Shown here: in pieces, positions 50,695-63,509 of the stretch
Numbering within the stretch: position 1 is the stretch's first letter
Layout of the letters: each line of letters opens with the position of its first letter
Source of the DNA: Epiperipatus broadwayi
Lineage: Eukaryota > Animalia > Onychophora
Assembly: GCA_028023455.1 (NCBI GenBank)
Contig: JAQFVV010000010.1
Span: 14,074,001 to 14,138,000, forward strand
DNA: 64,000 nucleotides
Direction of reading: 5' to 3'
The notes under the pieces: generated by a model
Database searches by the model: none
The model's input: the letters and a program-made list of their open reading frames with translations, nothing else
What the model was told of the DNA's origin: nothing
Program-made: the position numbers and the translations under genes

Positions 50695-51000
50695 AATAGC
50701 AAACTCCATACAGTAATGCCACTCATTACATAAAAAGCTTGGTTTGAAAACATTATTGTATTTCCATCTTGGCCTCTTAGCTTTATAGTTAACTGAATAC
50801 GTAAAAACTGGAGGGTTTGCATTAGATCTTAAGATCTCGGTGCAGTGCTCTTACATTCAATGCTCCTCACTGATGAAAGCCACAAGCTAGAAACTATTCT
50901 GGGGATATTGGATGAGTAGGCACTAGATAGGGATTTTATGCATAAACCTTGCATCCATTGATTACTAAAGCTAGTACTAGATGGCACTACTTTATGGAGA
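50695..51000. mobile_element. Family C remnants with degenerate hammerhead (50865-50904, plus)
   Basis: cctca-CTGATGA-aagc-cacaa-gcta-GAAA-ctat-TC-tgggg followed by sequence homologous to 55402-55500. Inverted fragment at 50695-50728. Confidence 0.7.
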
Positions 51001-51312
51001 TATTCTTGATTTCGTTTAAGGAGAAGCCACAATACATCACATCACATCACATTACTATTATTAAACAAAATCAAATCTCATTCTTTTACTAGCTGTATAT
51101 TTTACTAACTCTATTAAAAATAATTACTTTGTTTCGTACTAAAGTTTAGTGGTTATCAATGTTAATGGAGATTATTTTATTAACTTTTTAATGCAATTAA
51201 ATTTTTTTTGAAGACACACATACACATATCAATAATCTAAAAAAATTAAAAAATTAAACATAATATTGCTATTTAGCATATTTATTTATAAAATTTTCTA
51301 AGATGAATTTAA

Positions 51313-51553
51313 TTAAGTGTACTGAATGTTTATTATAATTAATGGAGGGATTTGAATTTAGGATTTTCAGTCTATATTCAATCTCCACTCCATTTCAAAC
51401 ATGCAATATACATGTACCACACACATGTGAAAAAGATAAACGTCTCCAATATACGTATTTTTTTTTCCATGTGTGTGGTCATGTGTATTGGGTATTTGAG
51501 ATGGAGTGGAGGATGAATATAGACTGAAAGTCCTAAGTTCAAATTCCTTTATT
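51313..51553. mobile_element. Short fold-back of the family A2 5' part
   Basis: Arms ~51345-51430 / ~51465-51550 are homologous to 21880-21960. 14-bp flanking direct repeat taagatgaatttaa (51299-51312, 51554-51567). Confidence 0.7.
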
Positions 51554-52565
51554 TAAGATGAATTTAAGGATACAAGGAATTAGAATAGTGATCAATTAAT
51601 GAAGGGGCTCCATCAGTTGCCAATTAATTATATTTGCAAGTGAATTTTTTTTATCTTAAATAAATTATTCAATAATGCAAAACGTATAATATTTTATATT
51701 GATTTTTAAGAGCCTCAAAATTAATTCTTATTTCGATTTTTCATGTCCATGCAAAGAGGAAAGATTCTTGCTTCCAGTTTTTTTAAAACTAATGCTATTC
51801 ATACTTAATATAGGAAGACATGAATTGAAAAAATTCATAAGAAGGATGATTGATATCTGCTTCTTGGTTTTTTGCATTCACTTACAAGTGCTGTATTCTT
51901 CATTGTGATCAGTTGATAAAATGCTTTTAACATTGTTTCCAATATTATATTTGATAGAATCAAATTTCATTGTCAGTTTTTACAGTTTATTTAAATAAAG
52001 AATTGCCTATGAAAATTCTATTTCTACTTACAGTTTTGATTTAGACAATAACATTTTACTAATTATCCATTAAATTTAACATCACGTCAAATGTAAATAT
52101 TTTATTAGACTGAGAGTTATTTTCAATAATTTTAAAATATATATGTCTAATTGATTTTTCTGTTCAAAATGGATATCATAAAATTTTGTAATTCATTTCA
52201 CAGTAGAAGGCTCTTACATATAATCCTATAACCAGAAGCTTGCCAGTGTTTTTTTTTAAATTATCACTTTTCAGGAGTGTGGAAGTATTTGTTTATGTTT
52301 TTTCCTCAAAATTATTTTACTGGACATGTGTTACTTGTTAAATTTTAAAAAATATTAAGAAATCCATTATTCTGTTAAGTTAAATAAATATTAATAAATC
52401 TCTTATAAATTCCATTCACAAGCTCTAATTTATTTATATATAGATTATAAGATAGAAATGTTAACACGTTGCGAACATTATCATGTTATTTTTACGTTTG
52501 GCATAAGATTGTGGTGAGCACGTTTGTTATTTTTGTTGTAGCATTTTGCCAAAATGATTAAAATT

Positions 52566-52687
52566 TGGGATTTTCCATTGACAGAAGAATATGTACCAGG
52601 GAAGTGCGTAACAGCACGTGAATTCCTGGGATTTTCCATTGACAGAAGAATATGCACCTGGGAAGTGCGTGACAACACATGGATTCC
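52566..52687. repeat. Tandem duplication, 61 bp x2, in a CpG-containing island
   Basis: tgggattttccattgacagaagaatatg(t/c)acc(a/t)gggaagtgcgt... starts at 52566 and 52627. Confidence 0.85.
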
Positions 52688-54459
52688 TGTTTAGCAGAAT
52701 TTATGTATTGGTGACTGCACAAAGAATATACATGTGGGGCAATGTTGCAAGCTATTAGAGATTTTTGTCCACCAACATGAATAACCCACATTTGTTACTT
52801 TGTTTTCACATTATGTTTTGTTTACTGCACTTTAAATTATATTAAATTTATTTTAATTACAATCAATTTTCGTACTTTAGTGTAATTTCTTGTACTTTTA
52901 AAATAATATAAAAAAAATTATGGAAATATTAAATGTGAGAGCTTCTAGTCAGCCTTATTGGAGGCCCCTGAGAAGTGACAATTAAAAAGAAATCCTGGCA
53001 AGCTTCCAGGTTATGGGATTATCCATAAGTACTCAATAGAATTAATGAAAGCAAATAAATTTTCGTTAGTTTTCTCAGATAATTTCCAAAACTTTTTTTT
53101 TTTTTGCCATTTTTTTTTATAAACAGGGAAAGGGGGGCATTGAAAATGATATATAAGTAAAGGGGTAGTGGATCAAAAAATTTGAGGAACATAGTACTAT
53201 AGTTTCTTTGTTTTCAGAGATTACTTATAGTACATAATATATGTTAACATGGAAACTATGTTAACTAGATTTGTACAATTCAAAATTTGATTATAACATC
53301 AGGCACACAATAGATTCAAGCCCTGATTTAGCATGGTCAGTGAAAGTTGGTGTGTATATATATATGCATTCTAAACTTAAATGATTCACTTAAGTTTTTT
53401 AAAACTATTACTGATGTGTGAGTGCGAGGAGATTTATAATTTTTAAAATAATAGCGCATTTTCGGAATTCGACTTCCGATTTAAGAAATATACGGAAAAT
53501 AATTTTGGATTTCTTAGTTTTTTTATTTCTATATTTTTAAGATGTTAAGAATTGTAGAAAAGTTCAATGTAAAATACTATTGCATACTATGTAGAAAATT
53601 TTATTTATAATCGGAATGAAATTTATATGATAATATAAAGTCACCATAGCACGATTACTTGATAATAATTATAATTTCTTGAAATACTAATAATTTTTTT
53701 TTGAAAAACAAGTTTAATAACGCAAATATTTAAGCAAAAAATCACCAGCAGGAGTTAAGAAAATAAATAAATCATGAATTATTATCCTAAGTAAGATAAG
53801 TAATAGTAATTAATTTTCTATACTATTCAGCATAGTGACGGAATAGTGGACTGATAGTTGCTGGATTGAGGGCCAAATTATCATTTCTAGTGAGCCATCA
53901 TCATTCTCCCCAAAACAATTAATCATTTTTTACTGTTTACTAAATTAATAAACCAAAAAAATTTTTAAATTGAAAACAAGTTATACAGAAATATATCTCA
54001 TTAATTTATGGCAGGTTATTAATATTTGTTTTGCTTATAATAAAGTTTATCTATAAGCATTACTTTATATAGTAACTTGGCAATTTTCTTTTGATTAAAA
54101 GAGGGGAGGGTGTAGAGATGATAAAATGTATTAATTTGAAAAGCATTTACAATCTTTTAATTTTTTCGTTTTGTCATGGAGATTAGTTACAAATAAATTT
54201 GGTGAATATTTTAAAAGTCTCTTCTTCCCTCTTAAAAAATTCAGCTACGAAATGATTTAATCAATCAGCATCTTACTATGAACATTAAGTGAGAAAAATA
54301 TATTTTAAAGATCTTGACTAATTAAATTTATATATTTTCTTTAGCTTATTAGTATTCTTTTTTTCTTCTTAGTAATCTTCATCCAGTTACAGCTTTTCGC
54401 TGTTTATTAGATATTTTTTATATAACTTTACAACCGAGCTTTTAAAAACTGTGGCCATT

Positions 54460-54503
54460 TTTGGTAGTGATGTCGTATTGCAAAGTATGACGTCACTACC
54501 AAA
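54460..54503. repeat. 20-bp hairpin with a 4-nt loop
   Basis: tttggtagtgatgtcgtatt-gcaa-agtatgacgtcactaccaaa, with three G:U pairs. Confidence 0.8.
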
Positions 54504-55239
54504 CACAATATAAAAAGAAAGGGGGAAAGAGAGGTTGAGAGGGGGGGGGGCGTTCAATTGCACTAAAAATAATTATTAACATAAATATTAATTTTGTGAA
54601 ATTAAACTTGTCAAAATTTTTGACGTAGGATTTGAACATTTTCAAGATGCTTCCATTTTTTTAAGTTTAAAGAGTGTGTGCTAAGGATAAAAATAACTTA
54701 TTTTTACTTAGTGCTTATAAAAATGTATCTTTTACTCCTTATTTCAAAAGGTGCCGGGGCAAAATGATTTAACTTAGTCTTTTTTTTTTAAGTTTCTAGC
54801 AGTGAAGCTTGGATCGATTATTAATATTATTGCTATATTAGTTTTTAATTACTTTGAACTAGAATGATATTATAAAGACTGCTTTCTTCCTTTAATTAAG
54901 TATTGAGTGAAAAAGCTTGACATTGAAAAATTAATTAAATGATTAATATCAATTAATTTTATGTATGTATTATAGTATTATATCTAATTAGCCAGCAGAT
55001 ACTATAACAAAGAGATAACATTTGAGTATTATTAGTGATAGTTCGTCATTGCTGGCTAATCTCTTAATACGTTTAACAACTTGAATGAAAATTATTTTTC
55101 CCCATAATTTTCGTAAGTTAATGTTCAGCAGCAGTCCTATCCGCATTAGAAACCTTACCATACCTTATAACACTATGCAGTCTTGTTTCCCCCTAAATGT
55201 AGTAAATCTTATTTTGGTAAAAACTATCCATACAGTAGT

Positions 55240-55570
55240 GCCATTCAGTGCAAACCAGAGTAATCATTGGAAGCAAGAAGGTTTGTGCATAAAATCCCTA
55301 TCTAGTACCTACTCATCTAATATCCCCAGACTAGTTTCGAGCTTGTGGCTTTCATCAGTGAGGAGCCCTGGATCTGAGAACACCACATCTAGATTTTAGG
55401 CTGGGGATATTGGATGAGTAGGCACTAGATAGGGATTTTATGCACAAACCTTCTTGCATCCATTGATTTATCTGGCTTCCACTGAGTGGCACTACTGTAT
55501 GGAAAGTTTTTGCCTATGTTTGGACAACTTGAGCAAGCATAAGAAATAGTGATCATGTGATGTTTAGTGG
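55240..55570. mobile_element. Fold-back family C element
   Basis: Arms ~55240-55330 / 55401-55510 are inverted, with the HHR and upstream sequence present only on the left arm. Confidence 0.8.
55324..55363 (-). ncRNA. Minimal type I hammerhead ribozyme (family C)
   Basis: Minus strand reads cctca-CTGATGA-AAGC-cacaa-GCTC-GAAA-CTAG-TC^TGGGG: 5-bp stem I, palindromic ACTAGT stem III, GUC triplet. The stem II closing pair is A-C. Confidence 0.7.
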
Positions 55571-57103
55571 TTTAAATCCGTATTTCAGTGACAATAAATG
55601 CTTTTACAGGAATAGTACTTATCTCAGGAGTTTTAGTACAATTTCTTGACCATTTCACAGATGATTGATTCATTGATGCCATCATCTACCACTGCTTTTA
55701 ATTAATCCACTTTAGCAGAAGATTTTGTGTTTGTTCTGTGATGTTACATGGAACATTGTTCAATATGGAAATCCCTTCACTATCTGCACATTTTAAAAAT
55801 TAATTATTATTTTTAAAAAATAGTCTGAGTCCAGACTATTGATTTAGCCATATTGTATTCAGAACATAAAATGCCAACTGTTTTACAGCTCTTTTTATTA
55901 CTTGTGGACTTTTTTTTATTTATTTATTTCAATACTGATGAATGTTTTGACATTTTCTGGCTTATGATTAATATTAATATTTGTATGTTTATGAAAATAA
56001 TAATAAAAAAATAAAGATTAATAAATTGAAGAAGAAAAACTAAAGTGTTGAGTAGATGTCTGATTTTTTTTATTTTAAAGGGAAATGTTTTAAAAAATCT
56101 TAATTGCTTACTTGCTATATCAACCAATAGTACTCTTTACATTTGATATTTTAGCCAACAACATTCAGTGATTTAGCTGTTCCATGTTTAACACTTAGAG
56201 ATAGCAGCCCCCACCCCCATAAATTCATTACAATTTTTTCTTTGTTGACTTCAACACCAATCATCTTTCAAATTCTGTGTTTATGGTCACAGGTGGGGGT
56301 GGGGGGATAGGCAAAAGATAAGCAAACCAAATTGATAACTAAGCCTTATTGTAATTTTAAATGTTACAAAATATTTTTTTTGGTTCTGTCTTAAATGCCT
56401 AGATAGATTTTCGTTATAAAATGATGGTTTTTTTATTAAATGATTGTACAGCATTATAAATAAAACTTAAAAAAAAAAAAAACCTATTAAATTTGGGCAA
56501 GTCTAATTTATTTTTTGAATATAAATATTTAAAGAAAGATTCTCAAAATTCTCTCTCTATATATATCACTCTTCAAGTTAAATACATTTCTGATGGTTCA
56601 TGGTTACCTATTCAAAAGTTAGAAGAAATTAGATATTTTTGAACTCAGAATCATTCTATATAGTCACAATAATTAACATTGATAGAACTACAAATTCAGA
56701 AATAATTATTTTTAAGACATAGATACATAATTAAAAAATAATTTTATTAAATATAATTTATATAATCTACTAAGAGCTGATCAAATGAAATTTACAGTTT
56801 AAATCTAAATAATAACTAAGAGTCCGAGTAACAATCCAAAACTTCTACAAAAGTATGAAAATGAAATAATTTTAATTATAGTTACAAAAATTACTGTGAT
56901 AGAGTTATAAAGATTTAGTTACAGTCATTGTTTCTAATCACGTTTGTCAATAATGTTAATATCATGGTCAAATTTCCAAATATCCACCTCAAATTCATCT
57001 ATAGGTAAAGGCTAAAAAAGATGAGTACCGTTTACAGATTAATGAACTTGAGAAAATATAATGTTCTTTGCTCTCTGTTAAAAAGAAGAGTTTTGGAAGA
57101 TAT

Positions 57104-57302
57104 AGTATAAATCCAAGTTGTTCAAACTACTTTTAACACTTTTTAGCAAAAACCTTTATTGTACAATATACACACATCCATCTACATTTCGATTGTCCTG
57201 CAGTCTTCTTCAGAGTTGTAGGTGTGTGTATGTGTATATATTGTGCAATAAAAGGTTTTTGCTAAAAAGTGTCAAAGTGGTTTGAATAAATTGGATTTAT
57301 AT
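57104..57302. mobile_element. Fold-back family D element with a minus-strand hammerhead-like motif (57183-57215)
   Basis: Minus strand reads CTGAAGA-A-GACTG-cagga-CAATC-GAAA-TGTA. Arms share tails with 23521/23697. 7-bp flanking repeat aagatat. Confidence 0.75.
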
Positions 57303-57506
57303 AAGATATTACAGCAAAAATAAAGGAAAGTGTGATTTTTGTAATATTTCTGAAGATATCAATATCTTGACTATCCAGTCATATTTGATTAAATTATGTC
57401 AATTAATTATAATACAGTCATGAAAAACATCATTACTCAGCTGAGTTTCAGATATTCAAATAATATGCAGTGAAGGCATGATTACTTTTGTTATATGCTA
57501 TCCAAA

Positions 57507-57562
<56 letters not shown>

Positions 57563-57710
57563 ATAATAATAATAATAATAATAATACTAATACTAATACT
57601 ACTACTACTACTACTACTAATAATAATAATAATAATAATAATTCAATTCAATTCAATTCATTTAAGTGCTAAACAACAGCATAATAATAATAATAATAGT
57701 AGTAGTAGTA

Positions 57711-57760
<50 letters not shown>

Positions 57761-57772
57761 CATCATCATCTA
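57507..57772. repeat. Compound microsatellite (TAC)n(TAA)n(ATTCA)n(TAG)n(CAT)n
   Basis: Read directly from the sequence. Explains ORFs 57478 and 57488. Confidence 0.95.
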
Positions 57773-60030
57773 ATGATGTGACAGTTTTTTCGTGTGTGAT
57801 ATCATTCATTAATAATATTTCTTCAAGTTATATTTGAAAGTATGTACATTTTAATCCTGCGTTTTTTAATATCCATTATGATTTTTGATGTACCACATTT
57901 TATGTAATAAAATGTGTTTTTAAGTGTAAAGTGAAAGGTTTTAGGAAATTTAAGAAAATTCATAAAATATCTTTGCTAAGTGATCAAATGAAAGATATCA
58001 GTTTAATAGTAGCAGAGAACATTCGTGTATATAGCATCAGAAAGCTTATAGTTTGAAGAGTATAACCAAGAATTGGAGATGGGTACAGTAAGTGAAATTA
58101 ATTATAGATCCTGAAGTCAATACCGGCTTAAAAATATCAAAACAACTAGTCTGCAAATAATTTCTATAGATGCAAAAGAATAGTTATTGATTATAATGAG
58201 TATCATTCAGAACATGTTTAAATGCTATGAAAGCCTGACACTTTTCTATTCAATTTAATTAAAAAAAAATTAAAGATATGGTACAGTAAGTTTTTAATTA
58301 TTTTTATTTGTTGAATGAATAAACATGTACACAGTAAATATATATGTAAATGTGCTCCCTCAAATTTATTATTAATAACTATATTACTATATTTTTAGTT
58401 TTTTGTTTATAATGTTATATATGTACTATACATATAAAAAAGTGTGTATTATATATATGTGCTTGTTGAAAAGAACTGTACATTTAAAGTTGAGTAAACA
58501 ATATGTATCCTACTGTAATCAAAGCTTATCAACAAAACATGAACAGTTATATATGATGTATATGAGAGGAATGTAACTAAATGTAGCGAATTTCAGGACT
58601 CCACTATATTTTGATCTCAAAAATATCAAATTTGCATCAGAAAAAATAAATTTATTTAAATTGTGAAAATGAAATTTGAAGAAAAAAAAAAAAGAATGAG
58701 AAGAACCATATCATTAAATTTGGAAATAAGAAAGCAGAATATGAAATGTTTGTTTGTAATGTAGTAACAAACTAAAACAGGAAACAATTGTAAGGTTTGA
58801 AGATATGAAGTTTAAAAGAAAATAGAAATGGAAACTAAATGGAAGAAAATAGATGCATTGAAAACGGAAAAAAGCTTATTGATAAAGTTGAAGCAGGATC
58901 GAAAATAAGATGTAGAAAATGAACAAAAAAAAATGGCGATTATATATAATATAAAACATATTTAAGCTCAACTGACAAATTTTTACCATTTCAGAAAACT
59001 CTCTATGAAATTATTTTGCTCATTAAAAGCTAGAACCAACCAATCATGTAACTTTAATAAACTCAGGTGGAGAGAATTTTTTCATATTAAAAACATAAAA
59101 AAAAAAAAAAGAGAAGCAACCGTTTTGTTTTAATAGTAAAACAAAAACTGTATTGATTTTGTTTAAGTATATTTCATGTTTTAGTTTCTTTATGGAGGTG
59201 TTTTTTTTTAAAGGATGGAATGTTACTAGAATAGTATCAAATAACATATGTTTGATAAAAGAAATTACATTTTACAATTCAAAAGAAATGCAATATTTTT
59301 GTCTTTGTTTCTAAGAAATGGAGGGTGGGAGATAAAAAAAGTCTTTAGTACATATAAAAATATGATGTATCCACATTACAATTATGATGTCGTCTCAGTA
59401 AGTTAACTGAACTCATCTGACCAATGCTAGAGTAATCTGTAACTTTTATTTATTAAGTCATCTGATCCTTCATGTCAGCTGCTAGAGGCGGGATTTTTAG
59501 CTAAATTTCTAGAAATATGCCATTTCCGCGGTCGCACCCAAGCCTTTAAGCATTCTTTCTAAAATAAATCCTAGAAAGATTGTTAACTCAGAGTTAAGTC
59601 TTCTTTCTACGCTAAAAGGTAGACTGTTAACTTGGAGTTAAGTCTTCTTCCTACGATAAAATCTAGAAAGAATGTTAACTCGGCTTAGCGGCTAACGGTG
59701 TGGCTTTTTCCGATGCTAAAAGCAGAGGAAAATGCCATAGTTGTTTGTGTCACGCACTATGTCGGAATGCTGTGTTATGTATTTGATGTAACAATACTGT
59801 ACGAGGGTGTGTTAATTTGATCGTGTCAAAATTATTTAAATTTTCATCGGTGCCTTTTTTTTTTAAGATGAATTGATGGACTGTTACATTTTAACAATTT
59901 TAACAGTATCGTGATTGTTCCTCATAAATTTGTATTCCTCCTAAATTTTCGATTACGGTGGGTTAGCGTAATATTTTAAAGATCACGCTTTGAGTCACGT
60001 TTTAGCGAGAAATTTTCCGAGACAAAAAGT

Positions 60031-60374
60031 ATGGCAAATTCGAAAACAGAAAATATGAAAAGATGGGAATTGCCAGACACGGAAGCCGTCAGTGCTGTAA
60101 CATTTCTACAGCAGAAAAACATCCTGCTGAAAAGAAAAAAAGATGTTTGTGCGGCGAACGTATGAGACTTGAGGTCCATAAAGATCTTTGGACTTTCATT
60201 TGTAAGTCTCGTTCTTGCCGAAAGAAATGTGCACTTCGAAAAGGCAGCTGGTTTGAGGGATTTCAAATGCCGTTCGTCAAGTCTTTACGTTTGCTGCATT
60301 ACCAGAGCCGTGACGAATTGACCGTACAGTATGCCATTAATGATATTGAAATGTCTACCAGTAAATATTATTAA
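60031..60374 (+). pseudogene. Merlin/ISXO2-like transposase N-terminal fragment, frameshifted and truncated before the DDE domain
   Basis: MANSKTENMKRWELPDTEAVSAVTFLQQKNILLKRK, then after a frameshift in the A-run near 60135: RCLCGERMRL..WTFICKSRSCRKKCALRKGSWFEG. Confidence 0.75.
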
Positions 60375-60409
60375 CCAAATTGATAAATAAAGTAACATAA
60401 CATACACGC

Positions 60410-61500
60410 ACAATAATTGTTGTTAACCAAAAAATGTAAATTATTATTTAAAAATACACAAAAACACCCCTCCCACTAATTGTTATCAATCAAATGTAAA
60501 CAAATTAAAGTAATGAAAATTATTATTTAAAGATCCATACCCCCCCCCATTGTTTCTTTAATTTTGTCACTTAAATTTTTAAAAACAGTATTACTATTTA
60601 AACACAACCCAAATTACTATTTAAACGTACACCAAAAAAGATCCGTTCTTGTCAATAATAATGAAATTAAGAACTATTATTGTCCCATTGACAAAAATAT
60701 TAGGTTTTTGGGAAACCAAAACAATAATTTATAAATGAAAAAAAAGTCAATCGGTTGTCAATCAAATGTAATAAATAAAAGTAACTTCAATTTTGATTTA
60801 CCAAACACACACACAAAAAAAAAACAAACGCTTTCTCCAAATAATTGTTGTCGGCAATTAAATGTAAAATAAAAGGAAGGTAAATTAGTATTTAATCATC
60901 ATCCAAAAACACCCACCCCTCTCACTAATTATTGTCAGCAATCAAATGTACACCACCACTAAAAATAACGCAAACTACTATTCTTTAAATGGTTACACCC
61001 CTTTCCCCAATAATTGTTGTCTACAATCGTACATACAAAAAAACACCCTTCCCAATAATTAGTATCGGCAATCAAATGTAAACCAACCAATCAAAGTAAG
61101 ACCGTAACTTACAACTACTATTGTTTAAACGGTTAACCCAACTCCCCTTCACCCAATAATTGTTGTCTACAACCGTACACACAAAAAAACACCCCTCCCA
61201 ATAATTAGTATCAATCAAATGTAAAACAATCAAAGTAAGATGGTAACTTATTTAAACGTAACCCAAATTACTATTTGAAACTATACCGAAAAAAACAACA
61301 AAAAATTAAACAAACAACAACTATTATTGTCCCATTGTCAAAAATATTTATTCGTAGAAACAAAAATAATTTATAAACGAAAGGAAGTATCAATAAAAAT
61401 AAAAATAAAAAAAACTATTATTATACCGTCAAAAATATTATTTGGGAAAAATAATTCAGAAACGAAAGAAAGTAAACTTTGTAAACAAACAAAAAAAAGT
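60410..61500. repeat. Complex degenerate tandem repeats inside the Merlin element
   Basis: Recurrent aataattgttgtc..caatcaaatgtaaa and aaaacaccc(t)ccc words. Near-identical ~145-bp duplication at 61009-61154 / 61155-61260. Confidence 0.8.
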
Positions 61501-63412
61501 CAATATTAATAGAGAATTGCTGGCCCGGGAACGTTATATTAATGTGTTTTTGATTAGAAATCGTGCCTCTAGCAACTGACACGAAGGATCAGATGACAAC
61601 CAAGCAATCATACTAGGTATTCATTTAACAACCAAAACTGTATGGCTACTTAGGATTGATTATTGGTCAGCTATCTGAAGAATATATGTCCTGAAAAATT
61701 TTTCATGGTTTATTCAGGCCATGTTCAAGCATTTATAGCAATGCTTTAACGTTTTGATGTCAAAGTGATCTTTGAGGAAGTCAATATTGTTTAGATTATT
61801 ATCAAATTTATATCTTAACTATAAATATAATACTAAATTTAAACTGTTGTGAAATATGATTAATTAATTTTTTATTTGTGTTAATAATTATTTTAAAAAA
61901 TACCATGTGTCTCAGATTTTAAATAGCAGTTTTAACGAGCAAGATTAAATTGATATTAAAAGAGCTTTTGTATTTTGGTTTCTTTACTAAAAAAAAAAAT
62001 TAGTAATTATCATTGAATTTTGAAAAGTTATGACATCAAGTGAAATTAATCAATGTTTGGGTGAAGTATTAACTATGTCAGTTTCATTTTCTAATCAAAT
62101 ACAAGTGATAATAATAAGGTATCATTTCTAAAAGCTAATAATCTCTAGAAATCTTAAAGAGAATAAATAGGTGTTCATATTTTATTACAATATTGATAAT
62201 CTGACTAGAGATGTGAAGGTTATTTACTAGAAAATGATTTAATTAGAGCGGATTTGAACACTGAAATTGCATCTAAAGTTTAGTATATACATTATGCTTG
62301 TATTCAAATAGAAACTGATCTGGGAATCTATTTGGTTTTATCTGATAACCATTGGTTATTCATGCGTAATTCTTATAAATTAATTTGCAAGAAATTCCAT
62401 GAATTTTATCTTTTTCAGTATAAGCAGAACTACATAAGATGACAAGGCGGTGTAATCCAAGAGATTGTTAGTACTAAAATGGCAATGGTCTCTCTTCCTT
62501 GCTTATCACTTGGCAATAGAAACCTTTTAACATTTTGGTAGAAATGATATGAGTAATTGAAAGTATTACTTGCTAATTTAAAAGCACCGACATTATAGTA
62601 CTTTTCAGTGGTGCAGCATGAAATAGTAAAACTAGTCACAATTTGAACAAAATGGACGTTTTTGCCTTTTTGCACATTTTGTCAAACATATTATTTATTT
62701 CCCCATTCAATGGTATTAAATTTTCTCTAGATTTGTATTTGATCTCATCATTAAGATGTTATTCGCCTCTTTGGTTTTAACTTCACACATTGTTTGACCT
62801 AAATCTAACTGTTCATCTTTCTGCTTTTGCGATATCTGTTTGGATTTCAATTTTTTACTGCTATTAATTCCTACCTAAAGACTGAAAACTTTATAGATCT
62901 TAATTTTTTATGAATTTACTGCCGTCACTTATTTATTGAGGCCGATACCTTTTTGGATAATTTCTTGATTTATGGTCAATAACTTTATGGATTTCAATTT
63001 ATGAATTACATGGTTTACTTTTTGAATTCTTGTACTTGTTTGGTTTTGAAATTCATTTTATTATGGAATAATTAAAAAAAAAATTTTCTAAATAAATAAT
63101 ATATTTATGTTTTCAAGTACATTGTTTTTCAATCATTTCTATTTGCAAAAAATATTACTTTCAGGTTTGTTTTCTAAATTATAGTATTTTAATCTTTTCA
63201 CACATATTATTTACTTTTTTATTTAAAACAAAAAATAAAATAAAATTTTATTCTGTTCTACTTTGATATTTATACAGTGGCTCCACCAGTGGATAGAGCA
63301 TACCTGTAATAGATGCTAAAATCCTTTATTATAAAATTCATTCAGCAACTTTAAAATCTAGAAAGGACAAATTTAATTTAGGTTTATTAATTGGGACTTC
63401 TGTTTGCATTTG

Positions 63413-63509
63413 GATTTTTTTTTTCTCTCATGTGTCATAGCATCAGCCGGGAAGCGAACCCACTAACCCGGGACAACTGCTTGTAAAGCAGCTGTCGCTG
63501 ACCTCTCGA
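63413..63509 (-). mobile_element. 5'-truncated tRNA-Gly-derived SINE, derived subfamily
   Basis: Minus strand reads gtcgagaggtcagcgacagctgctttacaagcagttgtcccgggttagtgggttcgcttcccggctgatgc-tatgacacatg-agag-A10. TSD catttg (63407-63412, 63510-63515). Confidence 0.8.

Larger units (their letters stand above)
59457..61597 (+). mobile_element. Merlin (IS1016/ISXO2-related) DNA transposon, non-autonomous derivative
   Basis: 33-bp TIR gtcatctgatccttc(a/g)tgtcag(c/t)tgctagaggc at 59457-59489 and, inverted, at 61565-61597. Merlin-type transposase N-terminus inside. TSD not recovered. Confidence 0.8.

Noticed and set aside
57478-57781. Poly-T/N and poly-L/I ORFs
   Set aside because: They are translations of a trinucleotide microsatellite.
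60410-61500. CRISPR-like repeat-spacer array
   Set aside because: Units are degenerate and variable in length with no unique spacers, lie inside a eukaryotic transposon, and have no cas genes nearby.
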